Source of the DNA: Dehalococcoidia bacterium
GTDB lineage: Bacteria; Chloroflexota; Dehalococcoidia; GIF9; AB-539-J10
Assembly: GCA_049671165.1 (NCBI GenBank)
Contig: JBATUN010000023.1
Location: 11,722 to 75,721 of the forward strand
DNA length: 64,000 nucleotides
Direction of reading: 5' to 3'
Positions 16,655 through 24,966 of this stretch are shown here, one piece after another. Position 1 is the first letter of the stretch. Each line of letters starts with the position of its first letter. Under the pieces are notes generated by a model. That model was not told where the DNA came from and searched no databases. It saw nothing but the letters and a program-made list of their open reading frames with translations. A program made the position numbers and the translations under genes.

Positions 16655-17766
16655 GGTTTGCGCTGGAGAAGAGTGCCGAGCATCTTGAAAAGGGGCTCAG
16701 ATTGGAGCGTGATGGTGACCTGAAGGGAGCCAGATATAGTCTCTTGAAAGCTGCCGAGTTCTTGTATAAAGCCGCACAGGAATCGGAGCCTGCCCTGAAG
16801 GCGAAGCGAATTGAGCGCGCGGATAGCATAGTGCGACGTGCGGAAGCCTTGACTAAGATGCTGGCCGGAAAGAATGCACCAGGGGCAGCGACTCAGGCTG
16901 AAAGCGTTGGCGGAGCATCGCAATGGATGGTATTTGAAAGGCCGAACCTGAGGCTTGACGATGTGGCCGGACTACAGGAGGTTAAGGAACAAATCAGGAT
17001 CCGCATGATATATCCTTTTACGCATCCCGACCTAGCCAGTCGCTTCGGGATAAAGAAAGGAGGAGGCATATTGCTTTACGGCCCACCCGGTACGGGCAAG
17101 ACGATGCTGGCCAGGGCGGTAGCCGGTGAAATTGACGCTGCATTCTTCGCAGTTAAGCCGTCAGAGATAATGAGCAAATGGGTTGGTGAGGCGGAGCAGA
17201 ATGTAGCTCGTCTCTTTTCTGAGGCAAGAAGGCATGAACGCGCTATCATCTTCATCGACGAAGTTGAATCGCTCATACCAAAGCGCAGTGGTAGTTATTC
17301 CACCGTAATGCAACGAGTGGTCCCGCAGATCCTCTCTGAGATGGAGGGTTTTAGCAGCGGCAAAGATAGCGGGAATGCACTGCTTTTCATGGGAGCGACC
17401 AACGAACCCTGGGCGCTTGATGAAGCGGTTCTCCGCCCGGGGCGTTTCGACGAGAAAGTGTATGTTCCTCTTCCCGACTTCGCTGCTCGGCTCGCCATTC
17501 TGAACCATCATCTGAAGGACAAACCTCTCTCTCCTGACGTATGTCTGGATGAGATAGCTAAGATGCTGGAAGGCTACAGCGGGGCAGACATACGCCGTAT
17601 CTGTGAAAAAGCCTGTGACATCCCTTTTGTCGAGTCCGTGAGGACAGGTGAGGAGAGGAACGTGGAGAAACGTGATGTGCTCTGTGCTGTTCATTCAGTG
17701 AAGCCATCGGTGTCGGGCCAGGCCATAGCGAAATTTGAGAAACTCGCCTTCGCCAGCGGAGCGTGA
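16651..17766 (+). CDS. Vps4/CdvC-like AAA+ ATPase with an N-terminal MIT domain (meiotic-clade-like)
   Basis: The N-terminal three-helix pattern 'A.HLEKGLRLERDGDLKGARYSLLKAAEFLYKAAQE...AKRIERADSIVRRAEALTKML' matches the Vps4 MIT pattern. 'LLYGPPGTGKTMLARAVA' (Walker A), 'IIFIDEVESL' (Walker B) and 'GATNEPWALDEAVLRPGRFDEKVYVPLPDFAAR' (SRH). The ATGA overlap with the upstream stop indicates translational coupling. Confidence 0.85.
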   Translation: MRFALEKSAEHLEKGLRLERDGDLKGARYSLLKAAEFLYKAAQESEPALKAKRIERADSIVRRAEALTKMLAGKNAPGAATQAESVGGASQWMVFERPNLRLDDVAGLQEVKEQIRIRMIYPFTHPDLASRFGIKKGGGILLYGPPGTGKTMLARAVAGEIDAAFFAVKPSEIMSKWVGEAEQNVARLFSEARRHERAIIFIDEVESLIPKRSGSYSTVMQRVVPQILSEMEGFSSGKDSGNALLFMGATNEPWALDEAVLRPGRFDEKVYVPLPDFAARLAILNHHLKDKPLSPDVCLDEIAKMLEGYSGADIRRICEKACDIPFVESVRTGEERNVEKRDVLCAVHSVKPSVSGQAIAKFEKLAFASGA

Positions 17767-17795
17767 TAGTGCACTCATGGACCAAGGCTAGAGTG

Positions 17796-18248
17796 ATGAA
17801 GCGGGGAGAGTATCACGAGAAACTGAAGCAGTGGGAAGCAGAAGGCTATGATGTCTCAGAATTCAAGCAGAAGTGGTTTCCCGAAGGAAATGGAAGAGGC
17901 AGAAGCCGCGCCTGGATGCCGAGGGTTGCAGGGATTCTGGACTTGGTTGGCGGCGTAGTCGTTCTGTATGAGTTGACGATACGTTTTGGCGGGATTTGGC
18001 GGACGCCGTTTTTCGGCGTTTTGGTCGGCATTTTGGGGTGGAGCGTGTTCATCATGCTCGGGGCTGTACCGATAGTAGGTGGGATTTTCGCCATTAAGAG
18101 AAGAAACTGGCGTCTTTCTTTGACTGCCGCAATCTGTGTTTTGGCCGCCGGATTCATGAATGTGGACATGCAATATGTATTAATACTTTGGATTTTGGGT
18201 GTCGCGGCAGCAACGGTCACAGTTCGGGGAAGAGACAGGTTCAAGTAG
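17796..18248 (+). CDS. Membrane protein, paralog A. It has a conserved cytoplasmic N-terminus followed by three or four TM helices
   Basis: 'MKRGEYHEKLKQWEAEGYDVSEFKQKWFPEG...RAWMPRVAGILDLVGG' is about 90% identical to the N-terminus of the next gene. The start was moved to the internal ATG that matches the paralog start. Confidence 0.6.
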   Translation: MKRGEYHEKLKQWEAEGYDVSEFKQKWFPEGNGRGRSRAWMPRVAGILDLVGGVVVLYELTIRFGGIWRTPFFGVLVGILGWSVFIMLGAVPIVGGIFAIKRRNWRLSLTAAICVLAAGFMNVDMQYVLILWILGVAAATVTVRGRDRFK

Positions 18249-18260
18249 GCCAGAGGTGAA

Positions 18261-18698
18261 ATGACGAAGCGGGGAGAGTATCACGAGAAGCTAGAGCAGT
18301 GGGAAGCAGAAGGCTATGATGTCTCAGAATTCAAGCAGAAGTGGTTTCCTGAAGGAGAAGGAACAGGCAAAGGCCGCGCCTGGATGCCAAGGGCTGCAGG
18401 GATTCTGGATTTGGTGGGTGGGGTTTACGGCCTGATTTGGTCCATATTGGTGCTTATTGGGAGCGGGATTTTCGTTGGTAGCTGGTATAGAATGACGAGC
18501 GGCCCGGTAATCGTGCTCAGCACAATAGCGATAGCAGGTGGGATTTGCGCTGTGAGGAGCAAAACCTGGCGTCTCTCTCTGACTGGTGCTATCTGTGTGC
18601 TGGCTGGCGGATTGCTCAGTGCCGGGGCTAGCCTAGGTTTGCTTCTGGGTATCCTAGCGGTAACATTCACCATTCTGGGAAAAAGCAGGTTCAAGTAG
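18261..18698 (+). CDS. Membrane protein, paralog B (tandem duplicate of 17796..18248)
   Basis: GAGGTGA RBS. 'MTKRGEYHEKLEQWEAEGYDVSEFKQKWFPEG' followed by hydrophobic helices. Confidence 0.65.
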   Translation: MTKRGEYHEKLEQWEAEGYDVSEFKQKWFPEGEGTGKGRAWMPRAAGILDLVGGVYGLIWSILVLIGSGIFVGSWYRMTSGPVIVLSTIAIAGGICAVRSKTWRLSLTGAICVLAGGLLSAGASLGLLLGILAVTFTILGKSRFK

Positions 18699-19250
18699 GA
18701 GCTTCACAAGTCACATCAGTCGTAGTAATCGGCTCGTTCGTTTTGATCGTAGCACCGATGATGCGAGATTGATTTCAATCCTCCCTGGAGTCGTCAATGC
18801 CGCTGGCTGACAACTCGTCGGATGGTCATGGCTCATGAGCCATGCAGCTGAGGAGTGCTCCTTGAGGATGTTCGGGAAGATTAGTGACGCTCCTTACCAG
18901 TGATACATCTCACCGCTTAGCAGAAGTGTGAACACTTCTGAGTCCACGCAACCGCAGACCGGGGCAGAAGTTTAACCTATGACTGGCAACCGAGTACCTA
19001 TTGACAACAAGATCGCCGAGGAACGAACTAGGGCTCCACTTGTATATGTCATAGAGGCTAAGGGCACACTTGTTACACTAACTGCACAATAGCGTAGAAT
19101 GTTACCTGACTACATAAGCCGTCGATTCGTTGCCCCTGGATTGTTGTGCCCGACACATAGCTATCAGCGTACTTGACTTTTCCAGTCTGTTTCTAGTAGG
19201 ATCTCTACCAGAAAGGAGGCAAGCGGTCCTTGCCTTTTCTACTAGCTACA

Positions 19251-19291
19251 TGGGGTTCAGGTGGTCGGAGGTTCAAATCCTCTCACCCCGA
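19251..19291 (+). other. tRNA-like 3' fragment (T-arm GGAGG-TTCAAAT-CCTCT plus acceptor 3' strand CACCCCG-A). No matching 5' half is present. It may be an att-site or tRNA remnant
   Basis: A canonical GGTTCAAATCC T-loop lies in an 860-nt non-coding region and is followed by a T-run (tattttttgg). No complementary CGGGGTG was found upstream. Confidence 0.3.
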
Positions 19292-19557
19292 CTCTATTTT
19301 TTGGGCATCGCCGGTCTCCTCGGTCCATTCTGTTGACATCGCCTGTCCGTTCGACAAAGTGATAGCTACCATCTGGGATCGCCAGTGGGTCGACCACTAT
19401 TCCCTCGTCATAGGCAAAAGACCCCTCTTTAGGGGTGGTTACTGAACCGCCAGCGGTACCGGAGATGCTGACGTTATAGAAGGAGCAGGCTGAACACAGC
19501 CTATCATCCCTATAATTAAGGCTACAATAACAAAAAAGGTGCTAATTCTTGCCACTT

Positions 19558-20541
19558 TCATAGCTCCCAGCTCAGCAAGGGATGGGTCTGCCCGTCAACG
19601 ATGTTCCAGGTGTAGGCAGTGTTGCGTGTGCCAGGGCCGGCAACTGCGATTATGTCCCAGCCTGCAGCTGAGAAGGTGGCGATGCTCTTCATTTCGATGG
19701 TGGTCTTGACTGTCCCGCCATCTGAAGTAGCTTGTCCGCTGGTTTGAATATCCCAGAAGGAGTTGCTCACAGTGCCCTTGTTGTAACCCACCAGACCGCC
19801 AACCTGCGAGGACCCAGTCACCCTACCAACGGAGTAGGAGTTCGTTACGCTGCCATAATAATTGATTCCCACCAGACCGCCGACACGTGTAGAGCCAGTC
19901 ACGCCGCCGGTGGAATAAGAGTTGCTCACAGTGCCCCTGTAATACCAGTTGTCCCCCGTGAGACCGCCGACACGCGTCGAGCCCGTCACGCTGCAGTTGG
20001 AATAGGAGTTGCTCAGAGTAGCCTGATTCCATCCCACCAGACCGCCGACGCGCGAATCGCCAGTCACGCTGCCGCTGGAATACGAGTTGTTCACAATGCC
20101 TGCATTATGTCCCACGAGAGTACCAACCTCCGCGGAGGCACTCACCTCGGCGTTGACCAACCCGACATTCTCGACGACCCCGACATTGTCGATGTAACGT
20201 ATCCAAGAAATATGAGCAAAAAGCCCCACATAATCTTCGTCAGGGCGGTTCATGAATAAGTCTCTTATCTCATATCCCTGACCGTTGAACCTCCCGGTAA
20301 ACCCGTCATCAGGTGTCCCGATTGGCTCCCAGCCCCTTCCCCCATTGGCTGTCAAGCTCGCCAACTCCGTATAGCCGGCACTAGCAGAATCGAGGTCGTT
20401 CATCAGAATGTAACTGCCACGTAAGTCATTTCTGATGGCATGCAAATCATACCAATCCCGTATTTCAATAGGACCAGGAGCACAGCCTATCATCCCGCCG
20501 ATTAAGGCTACCACAATCAAGAAGACGCCAATTGTTTTCAC
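19558..20541 (-). CDS. Secreted or anchored GLUG-motif repeat protein
   Basis: N-terminal signal or TM helix. At least six repeats of 'NSYS.G.VTG..RVGGLVG.N.G' (GLUG motif). Confidence 0.75.
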   Translation of the reverse strand: MKTIGVFLIVVALIGGMIGCAPGPIEIRDWYDLHAIRNDLRGSYILMNDLDSASAGYTELASLTANGGRGWEPIGTPDDGFTGRFNGQGYEIRDLFMNRPDEDYVGLFAHISWIRYIDNVGVVENVGLVNAEVSASAEVGTLVGHNAGIVNNSYSSGSVTGDSRVGGLVGWNQATLSNSYSNCSVTGSTRVGGLTGDNWYYRGTVSNSYSTGGVTGSTRVGGLVGINYYGSVTNSYSVGRVTGSSQVGGLVGYNKGTVSNSFWDIQTSGQATSDGGTVKTTIEMKSIATFSAAGWDIIAVAGPGTRNTAYTWNIVDGQTHPLLSWEL

Positions 20542-21068
20542 GTATATGCCCTTCGTAGTCTTATTGTATCACTCCCGAACAAAGTCTCAATAGTCCCCTG
20601 TGTGGCTAAGTGACGATCCAAGTTAATGTGCCACAAGATGGGCTTCTGTCAATTACAGACAACATGTACCTACGCAGTGGGATTCAGAACACGCCCGGCA
20701 AACAGAATGGTACCAGTCTCAGTGTCGCGAACCAGGAAAATGAAGGGGTGGTCCACGGGGACTTGCGCTCTACAGTAGTCGCCGTCTCAGCACCTCCTTT
20801 CGCCTGCGCTGCGAACCCCGAACGGCAATACATCGAGGATCACAGTCCGCCCAATCCGCTGCAGTTGCCAACCTGAGTGTAGCCCCGAAACAAAAACGCT
20901 GTCGATTGCCCGCAAACAAATATCCCGGAATCTTGCTATAGACATTCGTAGTGTGGCCACTATACCGTTCTTTCAGAACCCAGCGTCACTAGTGTATCTG
21001 AACTAGCCCAAAATGGTCATTGACACTTCCTTCGGCGCTGCTACAATGACACTTCAAAGGGGATACAC

Positions 21069-23051
21069 GTGAAGAGAATCAGCAGTTTCTTGATTGTGGC
21101 AGCGCTAGTTGCAGGGATGGTAGGCTGTGTTTCCTCTCCTACTCAGTATGACCTCACCATTCTTACTCAGTACAACCTCACCATATCCGGCACCGAAGGT
21201 GGAGAAATAACAAACCTTGGAGAGGGTACTTTTACTTGTGACGAAGGTGAGGTGGTCAGTCTGGTGGCGACCCCAGCTCTTGGCTATCAATTTGTCAACT
21301 GGACTGGCGATGTGAACACCATTGAGAATATCGAGGCTGCCTCGACCACCATCACCATGAACGGAGACTATTCAATCGCTGCCAACTTCGAGGCGATTCT
21401 GGCAGACCAGTACAGTCTGATCGTCTCCAGTACTGCTGGAGGTTCGGTAACCCTACCGGGCGAAGGAACATTCGCCTGCAACACCGGCACGATGGCTAAC
21501 CTCGTTGCGACCCCAGACGCTGGCCACCGGTTTGTCAACTGGACTGGTGACGTGGACACCATTGACAATGTCGAGGCGGCTTCGACCACCATCACGATGA
21601 ACGAAGACCGTTCAATCACTGCCAACTTTGAGCAGATGCCTCCGGGGCAATTCGACCTCACCACCTCCAGCACCACCGGTGGCTTGGTCACACTACCTGG
21701 CGAGGGGACTTTCGCATATGACCCTGGCACTGTGGTTAGCCTGGTGGCCACCCCAGCTACCGGCTACCAATTTGTCAACTGGACTGGCGATGTGGACACA
21801 ATGGACAATGTCGAGGCTGCCTCGCCCACCATCACCATGAGCGGGAACTGCTCCATAACGGCCAATTTCGAGCCGATTGCGATGGTCCGGTACAACCTGA
21901 CTATCACCGTTACGGGCGGAGGGTGGGTAATTAGCCCTGGCAAGGGGACTTTCCCCTACGATGCTGGCACCGTAGTCAGCCTACTGGCGACGCCGGGTAC
22001 CGGCTACGAGTTTGTCGGGTGGACTGGCGATGTGACCACCATTGCCGATGTCAATGCTGCCTCAACCACTATCACCATGAACGGAGACTACTCCATAACG
22101 GCTAACTTCGAGGCGATTCCGGCCGGTCAGTACAGCCTGACCACGTCCAGCACCCCCGGAGGTTCGGTCACTACGCCGGGTGAAGGTACGTTTACGCACG
22201 ACGCTGGCATGGTAGTCAGCCTGGTGGCTACCCCGGCTACTGGCTACGAGTTTGTCAACTGGACTGGGGATGTGGGCACCATTGCAAATACTGATGCTGC
22301 CTCAACCACCATCACCATGGGTGGAGACTACTCCATAGCGGCTAACTTCGAGGCGATTCCGGCCGGTCGATACAGCCTCACCACGTCCAGTACCGCCGGA
22401 GGCTCGGTCACTACGCCGGGTGAAAGTACGTTTACGCACGACGCTGGCACGGTAGTCAGCCTGGTGGCGACCCCGGCTACCGGTTATGAGTTTGTCGGGT
22501 GGACTGGGGATGTGGGCACCATTGCCAATGTGAACGCTGCCTCAACCACCATCACCATGAGCGGCAGCTACTCGATACGTGCTGACTTTTTGGAGGACTC
22601 ACCAAGCCCTCCTGGAATAGACTATACCGAGGCCCAAGCCGAGGGACTCATAATTGTACTGGTTAATGCCGAAAGACAGCAGGTCGGCCTACCTGCTCTT
22701 AGCGAGGACCCTCTTTTGACCAGTCTGGCCAGGGAGCACAGTATCAGCATGGTTGTGAACAACTTCTTCAGCCATGACAGATATCCAGGGGAAAGGCCTT
22801 TCAGCTATGGCCAGCTCCCCGGAACTATACGCGGAGAGAATATAGCCATGATACCTACCAGGCAGTATATTCCGGGTCCCTATCTTTCTCTGCAAGAAGT
22901 ATGTGCGTGGGCAGTCTCGCTCTGGATGGGTAGTTCTGGACACAGAGCAAACATACTAGAATCCCGCTACACCAGGACGGGTGTGGGAGTTGCATTCTCA
23001 GAGGGGGGAGAATACCTGTATATAACCCAGATGTTTGAGGGTTACTACTAG
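21069..23051 (+). CDS. Surface protein with a signal peptide, nine InlB B-repeat (Listeria-Bacteroides repeat) domains and a C-terminal CAP/SCP (PR-1-like) domain
   Basis: Nine ~80-aa units, each with 'GY(Q/E)FV(N/G)WTGDV'. C-terminal 'LVNAERQQVGLPAL...GHRANILESRYTRTGVGVA...YITQMF' resembles CAP. Confidence 0.85.
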   Translation: MKRISSFLIVAALVAGMVGCVSSPTQYDLTILTQYNLTISGTEGGEITNLGEGTFTCDEGEVVSLVATPALGYQFVNWTGDVNTIENIEAASTTITMNGDYSIAANFEAILADQYSLIVSSTAGGSVTLPGEGTFACNTGTMANLVATPDAGHRFVNWTGDVDTIDNVEAASTTITMNEDRSITANFEQMPPGQFDLTTSSTTGGLVTLPGEGTFAYDPGTVVSLVATPATGYQFVNWTGDVDTMDNVEAASPTITMSGNCSITANFEPIAMVRYNLTITVTGGGWVISPGKGTFPYDAGTVVSLLATPGTGYEFVGWTGDVTTIADVNAASTTITMNGDYSITANFEAIPAGQYSLTTSSTPGGSVTTPGEGTFTHDAGMVVSLVATPATGYEFVNWTGDVGTIANTDAASTTITMGGDYSIAANFEAIPAGRYSLTTSSTAGGSVTTPGESTFTHDAGTVVSLVATPATGYEFVGWTGDVGTIANVNAASTTITMSGSYSIRADFLEDSPSPPGIDYTEAQAEGLIIVLVNAERQQVGLPALSEDPLLTSLAREHSISMVVNNFFSHDRYPGERPFSYGQLPGTIRGENIAMIPTRQYIPGPYLSLQEVCAWAVSLWMGSSGHRANILESRYTRTGVGVAFSEGGEYLYITQMFEGYY

Positions 23052-23275
23052 GAAGAGGCAGTAACGGGAAATGAAGGCTTACTTACGGGTCCTTGTAGCA
23101 ACAATGACAATCTGATAACGGTAGTGGCAAAATATCAAATAAGAGTGAGGCTGGATACGAAGCTTACTCGGCGTGGCGGCAATCTTGCGAGTGAACCGTT
23201 TGGTGCAGAGGCCTAATATGGGTGCCAGTTTTTGGAGAGACTATTGCTCCAAACATGACATAGTTTCCTAATGTA

Positions 23276-24166
23276 TTAGCTGGCAAGTCCCGCCGCTTTC
23301 AGGATACTGGGAACCACCTCTTCCCGGCCTATGGCCATGACATGGACTCCGTCGCACATGGATTCCCTCTTTATAGTGGCAATCATCCGACCCGCGATTT
23401 CAATACCTTTATTGATTGCCTCACCTTTGGGGGCGCTGGCTAATTCATCAATCAAATTCTGAGGCACAAAGACGCCCGGGACATTTTCAGTCATGTACTT
23501 CGCCATCTTGGCTGACACAAGCAGAATGATGCCGGCCAGTATCTTGACCGGAAACTGGCGGGCATACTCCATAAACTTGGCAAATTTATCCAGGTCATAG
23601 ATGGCCTGAGTCTGAAAGAATTCGGCACCGGCTTCAATCTTCTTTTCGAACTTGATTAGCTGGGGCTCGAGCGGATTTGCTTCAGGTGTGACGATGGCCC
23701 CGGCACAGAACTCTACAGTCCCATCGAGATCATTTCCTCCCAGGTCTTTGCCCGCTTCCATCTGCCGGATTGTCTTAAGCAACTGTGCTGAGTCCAGGTC
23801 GAAAACACCCTTGGCTGCCTTGTGGTCACCGACTACCACAGCATCTCCAGTTAGACAGAGGACATTTCTTATGCCTCTGGTGTATGCGAAAAGGAGCTCG
23901 GCTTGAAGGGCAAGGCGATTACGGTCGCGGCAGGTCACCTGTAATATAGGCTCGCCGCCTTGCTCCTTGATGGCCAGACAACCACCAATGGAGGGAAATC
24001 GCATTACGGAACTCTGGTGGTCAGTGACATTCAGCGCGTCTACTTTATCTTTGATAAGGTCGATATGGTGCAGCATCTTCTCAATATTTGTCCCCTTTGG
24101 TGGACCGATTTCGCTGGTTATCACAAATTTATCAGATTTAAGAACTTCTCTAAAGCTTGGTGCCAT
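23276..24166 (-). CDS. metF: Methylenetetrahydrofolate reductase (MetF family)
   Basis: 'FVITSEIGPPKG...NVTDHQSS...LTGD' and overall MTHFR TIM-barrel pattern. Confidence 0.8.
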   Translation of the reverse strand: MAPSFREVLKSDKFVITSEIGPPKGTNIEKMLHHIDLIKDKVDALNVTDHQSSVMRFPSIGGCLAIKEQGGEPILQVTCRDRNRLALQAELLFAYTRGIRNVLCLTGDAVVVGDHKAAKGVFDLDSAQLLKTIRQMEAGKDLGGNDLDGTVEFCAGAIVTPEANPLEPQLIKFEKKIEAGAEFFQTQAIYDLDKFAKFMEYARQFPVKILAGIILLVSAKMAKYMTENVPGVFVPQNLIDELASAPKGEAINKGIEIAGRMIATIKRESMCDGVHVMAIGREEVVPSILKAAGLAS

Positions 24167-24176
24167 AGCTCCTCCT

Positions 24177-24821
24177 TCATGTGATCTTAGCCGTTCGCGG
24201 CCTGGGTGCTACGTTGTAATCTCTGGGAGAGTGAAATCTACGCATCAAATCAAGCCGGCCCTGTTGCTCTAGGCGCTGGTATATAAGAGTCCAGGCACAA
24301 TCCTTTTCCTTATCCACCTCGCATTTGCCATTATTGGTGCCGCCACAAGGGCCATTCAACAAACCTTTGTGACAAGCCGTGAGTGGACAGATGCCCGCAG
24401 TCTCTCCCAGGACGCATTGACCACACTGGGCACATACCTCCTGAAAACACCCTGGATTATCCTCGACGCCTATGAAAAGTGTATCCAGAGCTGGTATGGC
24501 TGGCTTGTCAATATAGGTACTCAGCTTATGCACTCCCAAAGCACAGGCCATGACCAGAATGCAGCTGGCATTCTGAATGGGTCCATTATTTTCTTTGATA
24601 GCTACCTCCGTCATCTCATCACAGGCAGTAGGTATAACTATCCAGCCGGTGACTAGCTTGCCCAGTTCCTGTAGACGCTCCTTCATCGCCAGGACCTCGT
24701 CCCTGCCACCGGTTTTAGTCATTGTGGCGCACGTGCCACAACCGGCAATATATACCCGGTCAAATCCATCTAACTGCTGCTCAATTTCCTCAGAAGACTT
24801 CTGTTTAGTAATAGATTTCAT
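24177..24821 (-). CDS. MetV-like Cys-rich protein (methylene-THF reductase C-terminal-domain protein / zinc-finger partner of MetF)
   Basis: Multiple CxxC and CxxxC clusters. Adjacent to metF with a 10-nt gap. Confidence 0.65.
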   Translation of the reverse strand: MKSITKQKSSEEIEQQLDGFDRVYIAGCGTCATMTKTGGRDEVLAMKERLQELGKLVTGWIVIPTACDEMTEVAIKENNGPIQNASCILVMACALGVHKLSTYIDKPAIPALDTLFIGVEDNPGCFQEVCAQCGQCVLGETAGICPLTACHKGLLNGPCGGTNNGKCEVDKEKDCAWTLIYQRLEQQGRLDLMRRFHSPRDYNVAPRPRTAKIT

Positions 24822-24966
24822 GCCTAACCTCCATAAACAAAAAAGTCAAAGGTTAAGAATCAAAATGACAAATCAAAAATAGAACCTCTAAATACCTTTC
24901 TTTGCGTTCTTACTTTTTTATTTACTGTTGCTCTGTCATTTTGCATTTTTATTTTTGCTTCTTACA

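Noticed and set aside
17161-17694. A 177-aa minus-strand ORF inside the Vps4-like gene
   Set aside because: It is antisense to a well-supported AAA ATPase CDS.
19251-19291. tmRNA (SsrA) interpretation of the orphan T-arm/acceptor fragment
   Set aside because: I found no complementary 5' acceptor strand (CGGGGTG), no ATTCGAC-type tmRNA 5' signature, and no tag-peptide reading frame ending in an ALAA-like sequence within the 860-nt region. It is kept only as a tRNA-like fragment.
20610-20876. An 88-aa plus-strand ORF in the divergent intergenic region between the GLUG gene and the B-repeat gene
   Set aside because: It has no RBS and no domain. It is more likely promoter or 5'-UTR space for the two divergent genes.
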